A DNA stretch of 64,000 nucleotides from assembly GCF_964204645.1 (NCBI RefSeq), contig NC_134031.1, positions 5,518,001-5,582,000 on the forward strand. The letters are read 5' to 3'. This DNA is from Tubulanus polymorphus. Lineage: Eukaryota; Animalia; Nemertea. Shown here in pieces: positions 30,201 through 42,160 of this stretch (positions within the stretch are counted from its first letter, which is position 1; the number at the start of each line of letters is the position of its first letter). The translations under genes and the position numbers were made by a program. The notes beneath the pieces are model-generated. The model ran no database searches, was not told where the DNA came from, and worked only from the letters and a program-made list of their open reading frames with translations.

Positions 30201-33200
30201 GCAGCATCGTAAAAATCCTTGTTCACCGAAGAACATTCATAGTATCTAGTTATCCCATAATCGAAAAATGCCTGTAACGCGTCATTTGCCTGTACCCACG
30301 ATCCTAGCTATGACTATCATAGCTTGTTGTATTTAGGTTCCCAAAATCGTTTAAAAAGCCACAAAAGTGTTAAATGGGACAGGTTACCAGCCCAGCCCTC
30401 CCCCCATGTATGAACCCCTCCATTTCAGTGGTTAGTGTAACTAAAGCAAGCGAAACCGTGATACACGAAGATTTTTGGAAATTGCAGGAACTTTCACTGA
30501 TTTACAATGAACGTTTATTTATGGTTAATGAAATTACAGTCATATAATAACTGGAAGCTGTATTCGGATGAAATTTTTAAAGGACTTACTATAGATTTTT
30601 TGTCATTGTATACAATTAGAATCGGCGAAACTTTATTGATTGAAATCCGTGAATAAGATTTAATTTATCCTTTCAGTTCTAATCGACAATTTCAACCGAC
30701 ATAAAGCCTGGTTGGTAAAGTTTTCACAATAGTTTATGAGATGGACTGCATTTAATGAATTAGAAATGATGAATTGGGAGAACGGTCATAGGGCCTAAAT
30801 TGTATCGTCAATAATATCTAGCGGGTAATATCAATAGGAGGCAATTCTAGGGAATCAGACTTAATGAAGATTGCACTCCACATTCAATTAAGTCTTTACT
30901 AAGAGACAGTTCAAACGGGTTCATTCAATAGAACTATAGAGAACAGTCTTACCGGTACATGGAGTTCGTACTGCTGATAATGATTGATAACATTTCTAGT
31001 ATCGGTACGACAAGGAATAGCTCAATGCTGCAACCCAGCCTGTGTCAACAGCATCAAACTCGTCCGGTTAATATTAAGTTCAAATTCAGTGTTTTAATGT
31101 ATTTGGGATGTTTTCTTCCCGCGTCAGTTCTGGGTATGATATTCAACGCATTCACGCTGTTTGTTCTGAAAAAACTGAAATCCGATGTTTACTTTCTCAT
31201 CAAAATTCTCGCTGTAAACGATCTTTTGTTTATGATTACTACGTTCATTCTTTTTCCGCTGAGAACCGCATACATTTACGCCATTTTAGGGGATATTGTG
31301 TTTCGCTTGGATGACTGGAAGTTTGGGTGGATTTTCATTTCAATTTCTTTGCCGTTTTTCTATATATTTCAGATGACGCGTAACTGGTGCACTGTATTGC
31401 TCAGTGTAGAGCGGTTAATCGTTGTTTTGTTTCCAATAAAATCGCGTAAAATTTCCAAGAAATCAATGGCGAAATATGCGATGCTGTTCATTTCATTGAT
31501 GGGTTTTTGTGGCCATTTTGGTCAGTTTTTACCCGAAAGACGTCTTGGATTCCTGAACTGTCCAGATTATTGGCCATACATTACACTACAGCGTACTGGA
31601 AAGATCCATTATGCCGGTATTGATATAAACTACTGGATTTACCAATTTTCGGAGAAATTGTTATTCATGTACCTTACTGCCACGTTTCCACTTTGCTTTT
31701 TAGTTTTCATCAATCTTACTCTAATTTCGGTGACGTTTTACCATCGGGTTACTCGACATTCAGAGCTTGGTGTAATTGATGAATTGTCTAGAAGGGAAAT
31801 GAGGGTTTTAAGGATGGTTTTATCAGTAGTTTTGTTGTTCGTTGTTTGTGAAGGTTTCGGTTTTTTAGATCGTCTGCAAGGGTTTGGTTACATCAAGATT
31901 AAGTCCCCCGTTGGTTTTAGACGAATTGTTCTGGCATTTTCTATCGTTGATTCTTCGGTGAATTTTATCATATACTGTGTAACAAATGATAAATTCAGAA
32001 AGTTATCCATGGATGTTATAAGCAATTTTTGTTCTTAATGAGGATCGTGATGAATTGCCATAATACTGGGTATGTGTTAAGATGAAAACTGATTTTAAGG
32101 CTAGCCGTAACCTGCATCTTTTGCTATTCAAATGGAGCGAATTTAAATGACATGGTTTCCTTAGGAAAGGCTTTTTCACTGTGCAACTGCGCATATATTC
32201 ATACACATCATGCATTAAAGCATTACCGGTATCCATTCTCCAATTCGTAGGAAGCAAAATTTTGAAAAAGTGCCTCGTTAGAATTTACGGGAGGAAAATC
32301 TGAATGCAAAAATATCAGTTTTAAAGAGCCAATCAGAGAGCTAAGTCTCCTCTATGATTGGATTAGCTGCAGAAATCACGTGAACCGGCGGTATCGTCTA
32401 CTGTTTTATTATTTTTATGAATCAATATTTGAGTCCTTAGATCGATTCTGTTGAAAATATACTAATTCTGACTTCATGGTGAAGCGTTTTATAATATGGT
32501 TACTAAAAACTTAAAAGTGTTGAGTGATTTTCATTGCGTTTATTTCCAGGAGAAGTTGCTGTTAGGGAGTAGTCTAGGCAGTGACAATGATGTGACTAAA
32601 TCAAGGACCAACACCGGTAGTAGTATCGGCAGTTTGAGTATCGAATTGCCTAAAGCTATTACGTTCGGATTCTTAGTACCTGAACGCGACGATAAAGCCG
32701 ACCGAAACAGAAAATCAAACTTCTTCAAGACGTTCAAAGAGAAATTCCATAAAGGTTCGTTTAAAACTGGTCAAACCTCCCGTGGTCACAGGTCCAATTG
32801 GTGGTGGGCTAAGACCGTCTTAGTTCGATAGTTAACCGGACAATTTGATACCTCATAACATTTGAGACCTCTTTTAGACTTAGTTCTTTAGTCATGACTG
32901 AACAACTGGGTTCTGAATTCTTATATTCCCACCGGTTCATGTAGTTGCACAGTAGAAGACTAAATGGGACTAGGATTTTTTACCCAATTCAGCAGTTACA
33001 AAATTAGAAACTGACTCTTTATAGAGTAAAGGATTATAACCGCTTAAAAAACCACTGAGTCAATGGTTTATCGACTTAAAAAGTGCTGATTTAGAAGGAG
33101 TCTTCTGAAATTGGGATATGAAAGTGACACAGACACTTCCTTGAAATTTGAAATTTTCTCCTATAAATTACCTTGAAAGCTCAAAATGTCCAGGAATGAC

Positions 33201-36200
33201 TGATCTGTTGGGACCCTGTATTTACTCTACTGTTATAAGCACTAATGATCTGTACATACCTATTCATGTAGGTGCCAAAAGGAAATCAAAATCTGATAAA
33301 GGGGAACCAATGGATGAGAAAGGTAGGGTTTACACCTCTATCTTCCCTTCATTATTACCTGTAGTCTTTTAATGGGGGTGGGGGATTTAATGTTCTGTAG
33401 TAAATTTAAATGATTTTGATTTCCAGCAGGTATGGATCCTAGTTCATGCATAAATGGCTCGGCGGGAGATATGAATAATGAAGGTAAAGTTTTGCATATT
33501 GGAAAATTTCTAAGCTGTGATTAGTTTGATTTGGATACCAGTGTATTATCGTCACGCTTTTTTTTTGTATTTCAGAAACGAGTGACGATATTCTGGCCAA
33601 GTACAGCAAGAAGATGACGACCGATCCTAGGTTCACCAGTCATTTGAGCAAGGTCAGTTTAGAAAATATTGGGCATGTTTCAGTGTTCTAACATCACTCG
33701 CTGGTTCTTAGGGATTATGATTAGTTAAATTTGAGTTAATTCAGTCATTTTCAATGAGTAAACGCGAAAGTCAAATGAGAAATTGTGTTGGTGTTTTCTT
33801 CAAGATTTGAATCTCTGGAAGGCGTATAGGGAGGAGGAATGTAGTGTACTACCCAGTTAATTAATTAACAAGCATCCATGCTCCTTGGCCTTAAACTCAC
33901 AACATAGTGGAACAGGGTCCTGAAGGTAATGAAGTACCAATGGCCAGACCGTACCGTCATCACCTACCGGTAGATTGATATGACCGGTGACAAATGAAAA
34001 GGACCGCTGTGCCACAACGGTATTCAATACTCGTTATCTCAAGGGAATACTGTATTCTAAATTATCTGTAATGTTAAATATTTTTCCGTAAAGTGCTCTG
34101 AGACATTATGAGATTTAGCGCTATATAAAGATACATTTTATTATTATTGTTATTATTATTATTATTATAATTATCTCCAACCTCTCGATTTGAGTTTATA
34201 CTAGATACAAAATTTAAAAGATTTGAAGCGAATTTTATTCATCAGAAATTATAATCAAAAGACACAATATAGTGGGATTTTAAGTCATTATCTATTCTCC
34301 ACGTCAGAGTGTACATTGCTACTCTACTATTCTGGATTTGAGGGTTATGAATGTGTTTTAGGATCGACCGGTAAGATGTGATGATGACGACAACGATGAC
34401 GAAGAGGACGATCTGCCGGCGTACGACCCGAACAACGTCGAGAACTGTCGTGCGTTTCGCAACGCGAAGAAAAAGCTGCGCATGGTGTTCAGCACGGCTG
34501 ATTTCCAGACGTTGCCGTGCTCGTCGTCGACGGCGATGACGCCGCGGCGTAACAGTCTGCTCGGCGTCGACGGCGATCATCGCCGCGACAACGAGGTCGT
34601 CGCGTTGTTGCGTATGCAGCAGGCCGAGGCGATTAACCTGCAGGATAAAGAACTGGTCGCTCAGTTACAGGAGACGATACGTTGCATTCGTATCTTCGAT
34701 CACGACGGGTAAGAAATCCTACCTTCGCCGTAATTTATTCTTCATAATCGGTTAACCTGAGTTAACTCTCTGGGGTCAGTTCCACAGTTGTGAGTTAGAG
34801 TTAACTCCGAGTTAAAATTAGTTCATTTTCAATTAGTTAACTCTGATTCAATCACAACTCACAACTGTGTAACTGGGTCCTGGATCCAGTTCCACAGTTG
34901 TTAGTTAGAGTTAACTCTGAGTTAAAATTAGTTCATTTTCAATGAGTTAACTCAGGGTCAAATCTTAACTCCGAACTGTGGAACTGGACCCTGGGGTCAG
35001 TTGTTCAAAAGTTATTTAAAGTTAACCAGTCGATAGTTGACATAGTGACGATTAAAAGTTCATTGTTACTATGGTATTTTATCCACTGGTTGGTACGATA
35101 ACCACACTCAAACGTGGTGAACAGATGATAAGATAAAAACCCACTATTTAAGAAATAAAAGAAATCTAAAATCGAGAATTTATTTATTGAAACAATTTAA
35201 AATATAAGAACACAAAGAAAAGAATAAGACATAAGAACACAGTGTTCTTATATTTTAAATTGTTTCAATAAATAAATTCTCGATTTTAGATTTCTTTTAA
35301 TTTGTAAATAGTGGGTTTTTATCTTATTATCCACTGGTTAACGAACTTTTGAGCAACTGGCCCGAGGAATTTCTCTATGTAGTGTCTATTACTCTTAACA
35401 AAATTCAAGGGAAAATCCACATTTATCGCGATACAGAAATTACTCACTTCCTGTTGTTATTCATGTATTACTACAAGTTTGTGTTATTTTGTTGTAAACA
35501 CACTATACTACGATATGATATGCGTTTGGTTGAGTTGAGGTGGGCCTCCAAAATTGTGACCTTTTCGATTTATTTGCCAACATTTTTCTCTAGAATAAAG
35601 AAGCTATTGCGCAATCTTAAGGAGGATTATAAGACGAGGTCGTACTACATTTCGTATCTGGTAAAATGTCGTCAGAATTTGCTGGCGACTCAATCTCATC
35701 TCGAACGACTCATCGATCGAGTTAGAAGGTAAGCGATTTTCATTACGAGTAAGTTGAATTGGAATTACGCAAATAACGATTCAGATATAGTGATGACAAC
35801 TTCGATCGAGTCCTGGTGCTCATACAGGGTGACCACTTACCTGGAAATCAGGAAAAAGTCTACGAATTTTATTTTCTTTAAGAAAGACAGGGAATAGTCA
35901 GTGGATTTTGTAAAAAAGCTAAAATCAGGGAAATTTGTCGAGACAGCTAGATCGCGCATAAAATCAATCAGTTTCCTTCTATGTCTTACATAGTTGTGTT
36001 AATTGATCAAATTCTTAGCTGATTGAGTCAGAAAACGACGTACATGTCGGGGAATAGTCCGAGGAAAAGCAAGTCAATAAAAGAAACATTCAGTAATTCA
36101 AATTAGACTCGAACTCTGACTAGAACTGAACACCGCATATAAACAGGTCCGCACGATGAATTTCATTCTAATCTCATGTTTTTCAGAGATAAAGAAATAT

Positions 36201-38055
36201 GTCACAAACATTTCATCTCGACGTGCGTTCATCGTTTTCTACAAAAACGTGAGAACTCGGTTATACGTTTCATGGATGAATTTCATAAACTTACGATGCC
36301 CGACGAAAAGGTATGCGACGCAAATTTCGATTTATGTTAAAAACCCACTACGTACAAATTTTGAAACGTAATTTTTTATTCAAATAATTTGAGGTTAAAA
36401 AACAGCGGACAAAATGTTTCGCACTCTCACCAACGATCATCGGCGGGTGCGAGGGTTACACAAAAAAACAGAGGGTATATATACATGGGATGCAAGTTTT
36501 GTCTATTTATGGTGAATTTCTTAAGATTTGTGATATTGTTAAGATTTATATTGAAGATTGAATACCTGGATCCAGTTCCACAGTTCCGAGTTAAGATTTT
36601 ACTCTGAGTTAACTCTGAAAATTAAATAACTTTAACTCAATTAACTCTAACTCACGACTGTGGAACTGGGCATGTAAGAATTTTTTTCAAGTTGAATTTC
36701 TCAAAAGAGATTAGCTGGTTAAATTTACCTGAATTTATCTGAAAATTCACCACATTGAAATGGTTCAGTTGATGATAAAGCAGTTATTTTTTCTGATATT
36801 TACAGACTGATTTGGTCGAGCAGTTTTTGGACGAGTTGTATAACGCTATAATGAGCGATTCGCAATGGCAGACGGCTAACGAAACTCAGATCGACGACTC
36901 GCAATTAGCGATCGAACGAATGATCATGAATCGAATTTATTCGATGGCTATGTTTCCGAACGGAGACGGCGACATTACTCGAGATAAGTGAGTATCGGTA
37001 TCATAGCCATCAGACATGATTTATACTGCTACGCGACATGGTGGCCACTTACTGGAATTCCGGGAAATCAGGGAATAGTCGGGGATATTTGTAAAAAAGC
37101 TGAAAATCTGGGAAAAGTCAGGGAAATTTGTTGAGATTGCTAGATCGTATATAAAATCAAACAGTTTCCGCTTATGTCTTACATATTTGACTGTGTTAAT
37201 TGATTAGATTCTTAGCAGATGGAGTCAGGGAAAACAACATGAATGTCATGGAATAATCGTGGAAAAAGCAAGTCAAATATAAGTGGCCAGCCATGCTGTA
37301 CGTACATTGATACCACTTAACAATAACGCTTTCGAAAAATATTCCGTTTTTCAGAATTCTTCATGAACACATTAAGAAGTTATCGGCTATGATGACACCT
37401 AGCCATCCGTATTTGCGCATTCCTAAAGTCTACCACTCGGAGGCTCCGTGGGTTTCGGCACAAGAGGAAATCAAACTTATTAATGCTTATAAGGTACATA
37501 TAAAAGATCATATCAACTGATAGAGCAGCAGCTCGGAGCCTAAGACTTAGCTTATATTCCCTTTAACGCCACTCAAGTGCGTGAAAATTGCTTCAAAATG
37601 CGCTGAAATTTCAAAATTTTCCTAAAACGTTTCGGCTTCGCACGCACCCTACGCGGACACTTGTCCTTCTTCACCGTAGATGCCCTTTTCATTTCCTTTT
37701 GCACTCCTGTCAAAGTCTGCCCCCGGAAAACGAATCTGTAAGTTGTTTTGAGAAGGTTCATGTATTCTCGTTCTCATTTCAGACGCCGAAAGATAAAGTG
37801 CAATGCGTATTGAACACATCGTGTACGATCATGAATCTGTTGAGTATGGCGTGCGAGAAATCGGTTCCGGCCGCCGACGATTTCACGCCGATTCTCATTT
37901 ACGTCGTCATCAAAGCGAATCCGCCTCACTTGCTGTCGAACGTGCAATACGTGAACAGTTTCTATCAGAAACGCATCGGCGGCGAGGAACAATACTGGTG
38001 GATGCAGTTCTCGTCAGCGATCGAGTTCATCAAAACGATGGAATACAACGTTTAA
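21254..38055 (+). CDS. GAPVD1: GTPase-activating protein and VPS9 domain-containing protein 1 (RasGAP-like + VPS9 Rab5 GEF); 20 coding exons: 21254-22375, 23321-23452, 24291-24471, 25223-25365, 25655-25799, 26301-26470, 26928-27060, 27450-27706, 28214-28385, 29044-29693, 32550-32754, 33272-33322, ~33427-33483, 33576-33652, 34362-34708, 35594-35728, 36187-36310, 36806-36987, 37355-37493, 37783-38055
   Basis: [14 protein letters not shown]-terminus; RasGAP-like FICPAICDP...[17 protein letters not shown]; [18 protein letters not shown]; two WSTDVLASD motifs; [13 protein letters not shown]; VPS9 C-terminus [33 protein letters not shown]...[20 protein letters not shown]. Confidence 0.95.
23538..23799. 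mobile_element. piggyBac-like MITE
   Basis: TTAA|CCCTTTCAGTGC ... CTGAAAGGG|TTAA. Confidence 0.85.
24595..25166. mobile_element. Two adjacent piggyBac-like MITEs in opposite orientation (24595-24882, 24888-25166)
   Basis: Junction GCACTGAAAGGG-TTAAA-CCCTTTCAGTGC. Confidence 0.85.
27730..27974 (-). mobile_element. Possible tRNA-derived SINE
   Basis: On the minus strand, A-box-like TGGTGTAGTG near 27965 and B-box-like GGTTCAATCCC near 27900; no cloverleaf. Confidence 0.4.
28524..28792. mobile_element. piggyBac-like MITE
   Basis: TTAA|CCCTTTCAGTGC ... GCACTGAAAGGG|TTAA. Confidence 0.85.
29871..30140. mobile_element. Penelope-like retroelement relic (fold-back pLTR + tail) with hammerhead-ribozyme cores
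   Basis: 115-bp inverted arms (29871-29985 / 29994-30108, 3 mismatches), ~30-nt unpaired tail, flanking direct repeat TAATGTTTCACCAATGA (29858-29874, 30141-30157); CTGATGA-stem-GAAACGTC on both strands. Confidence 0.7.
30001..30036 (+). ncRNA. Minimal hammerhead ribozyme motif (short stem III type); mirrored on the minus strand at ~29943-29978
   Basis: CTGATGA t GGCTAACA gt TGTTAGCC GAAA CG TC: conserved core boxes around an 8-bp stem II with palindromic ACGT in place of stem III; stem I is only ~2 bp, so activity is uncertain. Confidence 0.5.
30959..32038 (+). CDS. Intronless rhodopsin-class (family A) GPCR, FMRFamide-receptor-like orphan, nested in a GAPVD1 intron
   Basis: 359-aa ORF with 7 hydrophobic segments: TM1 GxxxN (LGMIFN), TM2 LAVND, TM3 [15 protein letters not shown]6 LFVVCE, TM7 DSSVNFIIY; N-terminal sequons NIS and NSS. 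Confidence 0.88.
   Translation: MEFVLLIMIDNISSIGTTRNSSMLQPSLCQQHQTRPVNIKFKFSVLMYLGCFLPASVLGMIFNAFTLFVLKKLKSDVYFLIKILAVNDLLFMITTFILFPLRTAYIYAILGDIVFRLDDWKFGWIFISISLPFFYIFQMTRNWCTVLLSVERLIVVLFPIKSRKISKKSMAKYAMLFISLMGFCGHFGQFLPERRLGFLNCPDYWPYITLQRTGKIHYAGIDINYWIYQFSEKLLFMYLTATFPLCFLVFINLTLISVTFYHRVTRHSELGVIDELSRREMRVLRMVLSVVLLFVVCEGFGFLDRLQGFGYIKIKSPVGFRRIVLAFSIVDSSVNFIIYCVTNDKFRKLSMDVISNFCS
34088..34170 (+). mobile_element. 3' end of an L2-type LINE/SINE with (ATT)n tail
   Basis: GTAAAGTGCTCTGAGACA...AGCGCTATATAAA followed by (TTA)n, the typical L2/MIR-like 3' stem-loop and tail. Confidence 0.6.
34773..35363. mobile_element. Three tandem Harbinger-like MITEs joined by shared CTG triplets (34773-34879, 34883-34990, 34994-35363)
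   Basis: TIRs G(G/A)(G/T)(T/C)CAGTTCCACAG / CTGTG(G/T)AACTGG and GGGTCAGTTGTTCAAAAG / CTTTTGAGCAACTGGCCC; CTG at 34770, 34880 and 34991. Confidence 0.7.
35092..35326. mobile_element. Penelope-like fold-back insertion nested in the third MITE
   Basis: ~85-bp inverted arms (~35127-35213 / 35242-35327), unpaired tail on the left, 13-bp TSD TTATCCACTGGTT (35079-35091, 35327-35339). Confidence 0.6.
37037..37296. mobile_element. hAT-like MITE (CA(G/T)GGTGGCCACTT TIR); related copies at ~14160 and ~35825
   Basis: CATGGTGGCCACTT ... AAGTGGCCAGCCATG with internal TCAGGGAA repeats shared among the three copies. Confidence 0.6.
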
Positions 38056-41000
38056 AATGTTTTAGAGAAGATCGAATTACGAAATCGATCCAGTTCGTTT
38101 TCAATTATCTATCCGCGGACGTTTTAATTAGAATTAGTTCATACGGATAACTACGCGCAAGAGTTAGAATTTTCACTCACGGGCCCACTGAACTCCCGAG
38201 CCCACTTGCAAAGTTAAGACTTAGAGACCATCTTATTCTAAGCCGAGCTTAACTAGGTAGGGTCAGTTGCTCTAAAGTTGGTTTAAGTCAATGGATACCT
38301 GACATGGTGACAATTAAAACTCATTGTAACAAACTGTTGTACAGTCATCTGATGGTTGAGTTTGACCAACTTATGAGCTACCAGCCTCAGAATTTAAGAC
38401 TGTTTGGGTACTTGTATGACAAAAAATCTACGATTTCTGTTTTAAATTGACGTTTCGGTTTGATGTAGCAGTACACTGATGTAAACATGAAGATAACGCT
38501 GGTCAACGATTTCCAGAGTCTTAACGCCGGAAGTCGATAGTTTGTTTGTATAAAGGTTATCGCTGTATAGATTTACGATGCCGGATAAACTTGTTTTACT
38601 AACTTATGTTTTAGAAACAAATGTAATTTATTCGCGGATGGCTCCATCGTCGATATTGTCATTGTAAATGTTTGTACATAGTACGGAATCATCTGAATAA
38701 CGCCTTGCGGCTGCGAATCAGTTTGTGATTTCATTGTTTCACTTTCATTGAATAGCAATATAGATTCTTTAATCGTTTATAAATGGTTTATAAGATTTAC
38801 GATCATCTCGAACGCGGTCAACTAGTACACCTTTTTAAGTCTAAGGCTAATGTTCCCAAACTATGCTCAACGTTTATCCTTTTCAAGTTTATCAATGTCT
38901 CACGGTATTTTGCTGGTATTAGTCAAAATTTAAGAAATACTACATGTAAAACCAGAAAAATCTTTTTTGAATCAAAAATATCTTCTATTTAGTGTATACG
39001 ACTATGTCTGAAGTCGCAAAAGGAAAAATTCATGTTTTTGCATTGATGTCGAACAGGAATCATAATAGCCAAGTAACAATTTGTCAGCAATAGGGTATGA
39101 GTTGACCTGCTGCTGTTTATAATGTACCTGTACGTGTTTCTGTGGAATAGGTGCTGTAAGCTACATTAGCTCATGTTACAGTAGCTGGCTATTCAGCTTA
39201 TTACCTATTTCAGCCAATATAGCTATTCAGCCGACCGACCACTTCAAAGCTTAATAAGCTCCTCTAGCTCATTTCATTCAGTTACTTGGATAAAAAAGGA
39301 GGGATGATTGATAGTTATAGGCCCTTAGTGCTGGTTACTTCATTATTCTTTCCGGTTATTTCATGATTACTTACCAACAATGGTGCTTAGGTTGTTTGTT
39401 TCACAGTTGTGTACTATAGTTTATTTTACGAATAATGATAATGATAATGTTTAAATGATTTTCACTGTACGAATGTAAAATGTATCATTCCAGAATAGCC
39501 TAATCGTTAAAGGGCCATATTAGTTTGGTTATGATTTTACTACGCATAAGGACGGATTTAAGTCCAGGCATTGAGATTATAACTTATGCCGCTCAAAAAA
39601 TCTTGCATGAAGTGGCGTGTGTGTGTGTTTGTGTGAATTTGAATTTTTTCCGGGGTTTTTGAAACAATTTTCTTGCTCGGACCAAATTTTCCCTGATTCC
39701 TTTTTCGTGAATCCCTACCGTGGTCCTAGTGGGTTCATCTCTGCTTATACATGTTTTATTAGCTCAGCTGTGACCGAAGGCTCAGTCATAGAAAATAGAA
39801 CTTGTTCTATCCTTAGGATTGGTCAGCTATCAATCTGTTGAAAAGGTTCCCAACTATAAAATCGCAGACTTCACTGCTTATGATCCTAGGATCCGATCGG
39901 ATCTTAGTCGACTTGAGTTAGGCTTAGTTTTTATAATTGATTCAATGAATAGTGCATAATTTCTAGAATTATCTTCATCTTTCTGATATAACGGCTACTT
40001 TAAAGGATCTCTTATTTTATCTACTGCATTCGCCGTTGGTATATTGAATTTGTATGTTTATATATCTGTGCGAAACGTAAATCGTCCTAATAATGTACGT
40101 CTGTATCTTAAATCGAGTCTTTCTACCCTGCTGGACCCAGTTCACAGTCGGGGATCACACGGAAACGATTTGGCCAGGATCAAATTGGCACGTACGAGGC
40201 CAGAGTCAAATTTGACCCGCACCTAATTAGAGAGCGCGGTCACACGCAAGCCAAATCACTTGATACTAAACAATGCGCAGTGAGTCGCTTCCGAAACCAG
40301 TTGCTTGCAATTGATACGCAATAATTTCTTAACACATGTTCAACTTTGGCTCAAGTTTGGTTTGACGTTTTAATGCGGGCCAAACAGGCTCGGGCCCATC
40401 GGGTACCCGTGTGAACAGTTGTTCCGGGCCTTATTTGGCACAGGCTAAAAATGCTCACTTCAGAGGAGCCAGTCTTGGACTTATTGTAAATTATTCATTG
40501 TACAACTAGTCATTAGGGTTCATATCTTCTTGTGAGCCGTCGTCTGAATACCGTATGCGTTTGATACTCTATTCTTTTATAGGCATCTGGTATTTGGTAT
40601 ACTGAGTAAACTTCTGCCAGGCGTAATTCTGATGCAATGCTCAGCTGACCCAGTGCTGGAGATGTTTGATGATGAATAATTAGAATTAGACCTAAACATT
40701 TTTATCTCAGAAATAAAAAGATTTCGATATTCAGATAGATTTTTCATTGAATTTACTTCCTAATCGAACTGTTTTGTTTGTTTATTTGATTGTTAGTTTT
40801 GTTAATCGAATTTATGTTAATCAATATCACAAGGTTTGTCAATGATTTTACGTAACGAACGTGAAAGCGCAGTTTCAACTCGGCTGGTGGCTCCTCATTA
40901 TTGAAAGTCTTTCTTTTTGTTTTCAGTGCTGGTTCATTTAAAATTGATGAAAATGAGGTTTATGTTTCAAAATGTGTAAGCTGAGAGCCATATTGTAGAA

Positions 41001-41263
41001 ATAAAAATATATTTCAATTGAATCCTATTTCAATTACTTTTATACGAAGGAAAAAGGAATATTGATTGTTGATGGCGGAATCCAAAATTTGAATGGCTAG
41101 AGGAAAATTGCTTTGTAACGATGATGATGACGGAATCGTATTATTTGAAGAACGCTAGTCTTCATGAAGGAAAATTGCTGCTTTGACAAATGTATTTGAA
41201 CATCATTGGCAATTGCGATGCGTCTACTATACTGTTAGACTGTTGACGCACACAATGCAAGTG

Positions 41264-41336
41264 GTCCGCGTGGCCTAATGGATAAGGCGTCTGACTTCGA
41301 ATCAGAAGATTGCAGGTTCGAGTCCTGTCGCGGACG
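41264..41336 (+). tRNA. tRNA-Arg (anticodon TCG)
   Basis: Cloverleaf: acceptor GTCCGCG/CGCGGAC, D-arm GCCT-AATGGATA-AGGC, anticodon arm TCTGA-CTTCGAA-TCAGA, T-arm GCAGG-TTCGAGT-CCTGT; an oligo-T Pol III terminator follows at ~41347-41352. Confidence 0.96.
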
Positions 41337-42160
41337 ATGATTTGACTTTTTTCTAATATAATGATTCCGTGTTATCTTTTATTTTTTTCCTATATGCTTC
41401 ATAAAAAATATTAATTGATATTAACTTAAATGTTAATAATTTTTACAAATTGCATGGTAAAGCTTAAATACCGAATCAGGCGCAGTGCAATTTAAGCAAT
41501 ACAAAAAAGAACCCGTCACCCGTATATGTATTATGCACCACTATTACGGCAGACAGAGGACATTATTCATACGGTCGAGTACCTGAGGGTATACAAAGCA
41601 AGTTTTTAATTTACAGTAAAACAAGTTTTGATATGTAGTATATATATCTAAGTCAGTCGAGCGGGGTGAAATTGTAAGGTATTATTCATACCGCAGGAAT
41701 CTCCGTCGCCACTCGGGTTGTTGCTGTCGTTTAAATCATTTGCCTGATATATAGGGCCTAAACAGGTAAGTTTCTAACTTCTTTTTTTCTATGGTTCAAG
41801 AGTTGACCATCGATTTCAGGGAAACCGAAAGACATTATGAAAAAAAAAAGTTTTCACTACGTTTTATATGGAATCCAAATGAACTAGGGTTTTGAGGCTT
41901 GGGGATCGATCCCAGTTATATTCGGCTAGTAGGCATACTATAGCTAATGTGTCTTTGTTAAAATGTATACAAGTCTATTATGTATGATATATACAATATT
42001 CCTGCTAATTGTGAAATAATACACATATTGATGAAATATTTCAATTGTTCTTTTAGACGGACTTGGTAACGAAAACGTCTTCAAGAAACGCCGGATGTGA
42101 AAATTGTTTTTTAGTATATACATAAAAACATTGTCCTGTACTAAATCCTAAATTTCAGAG

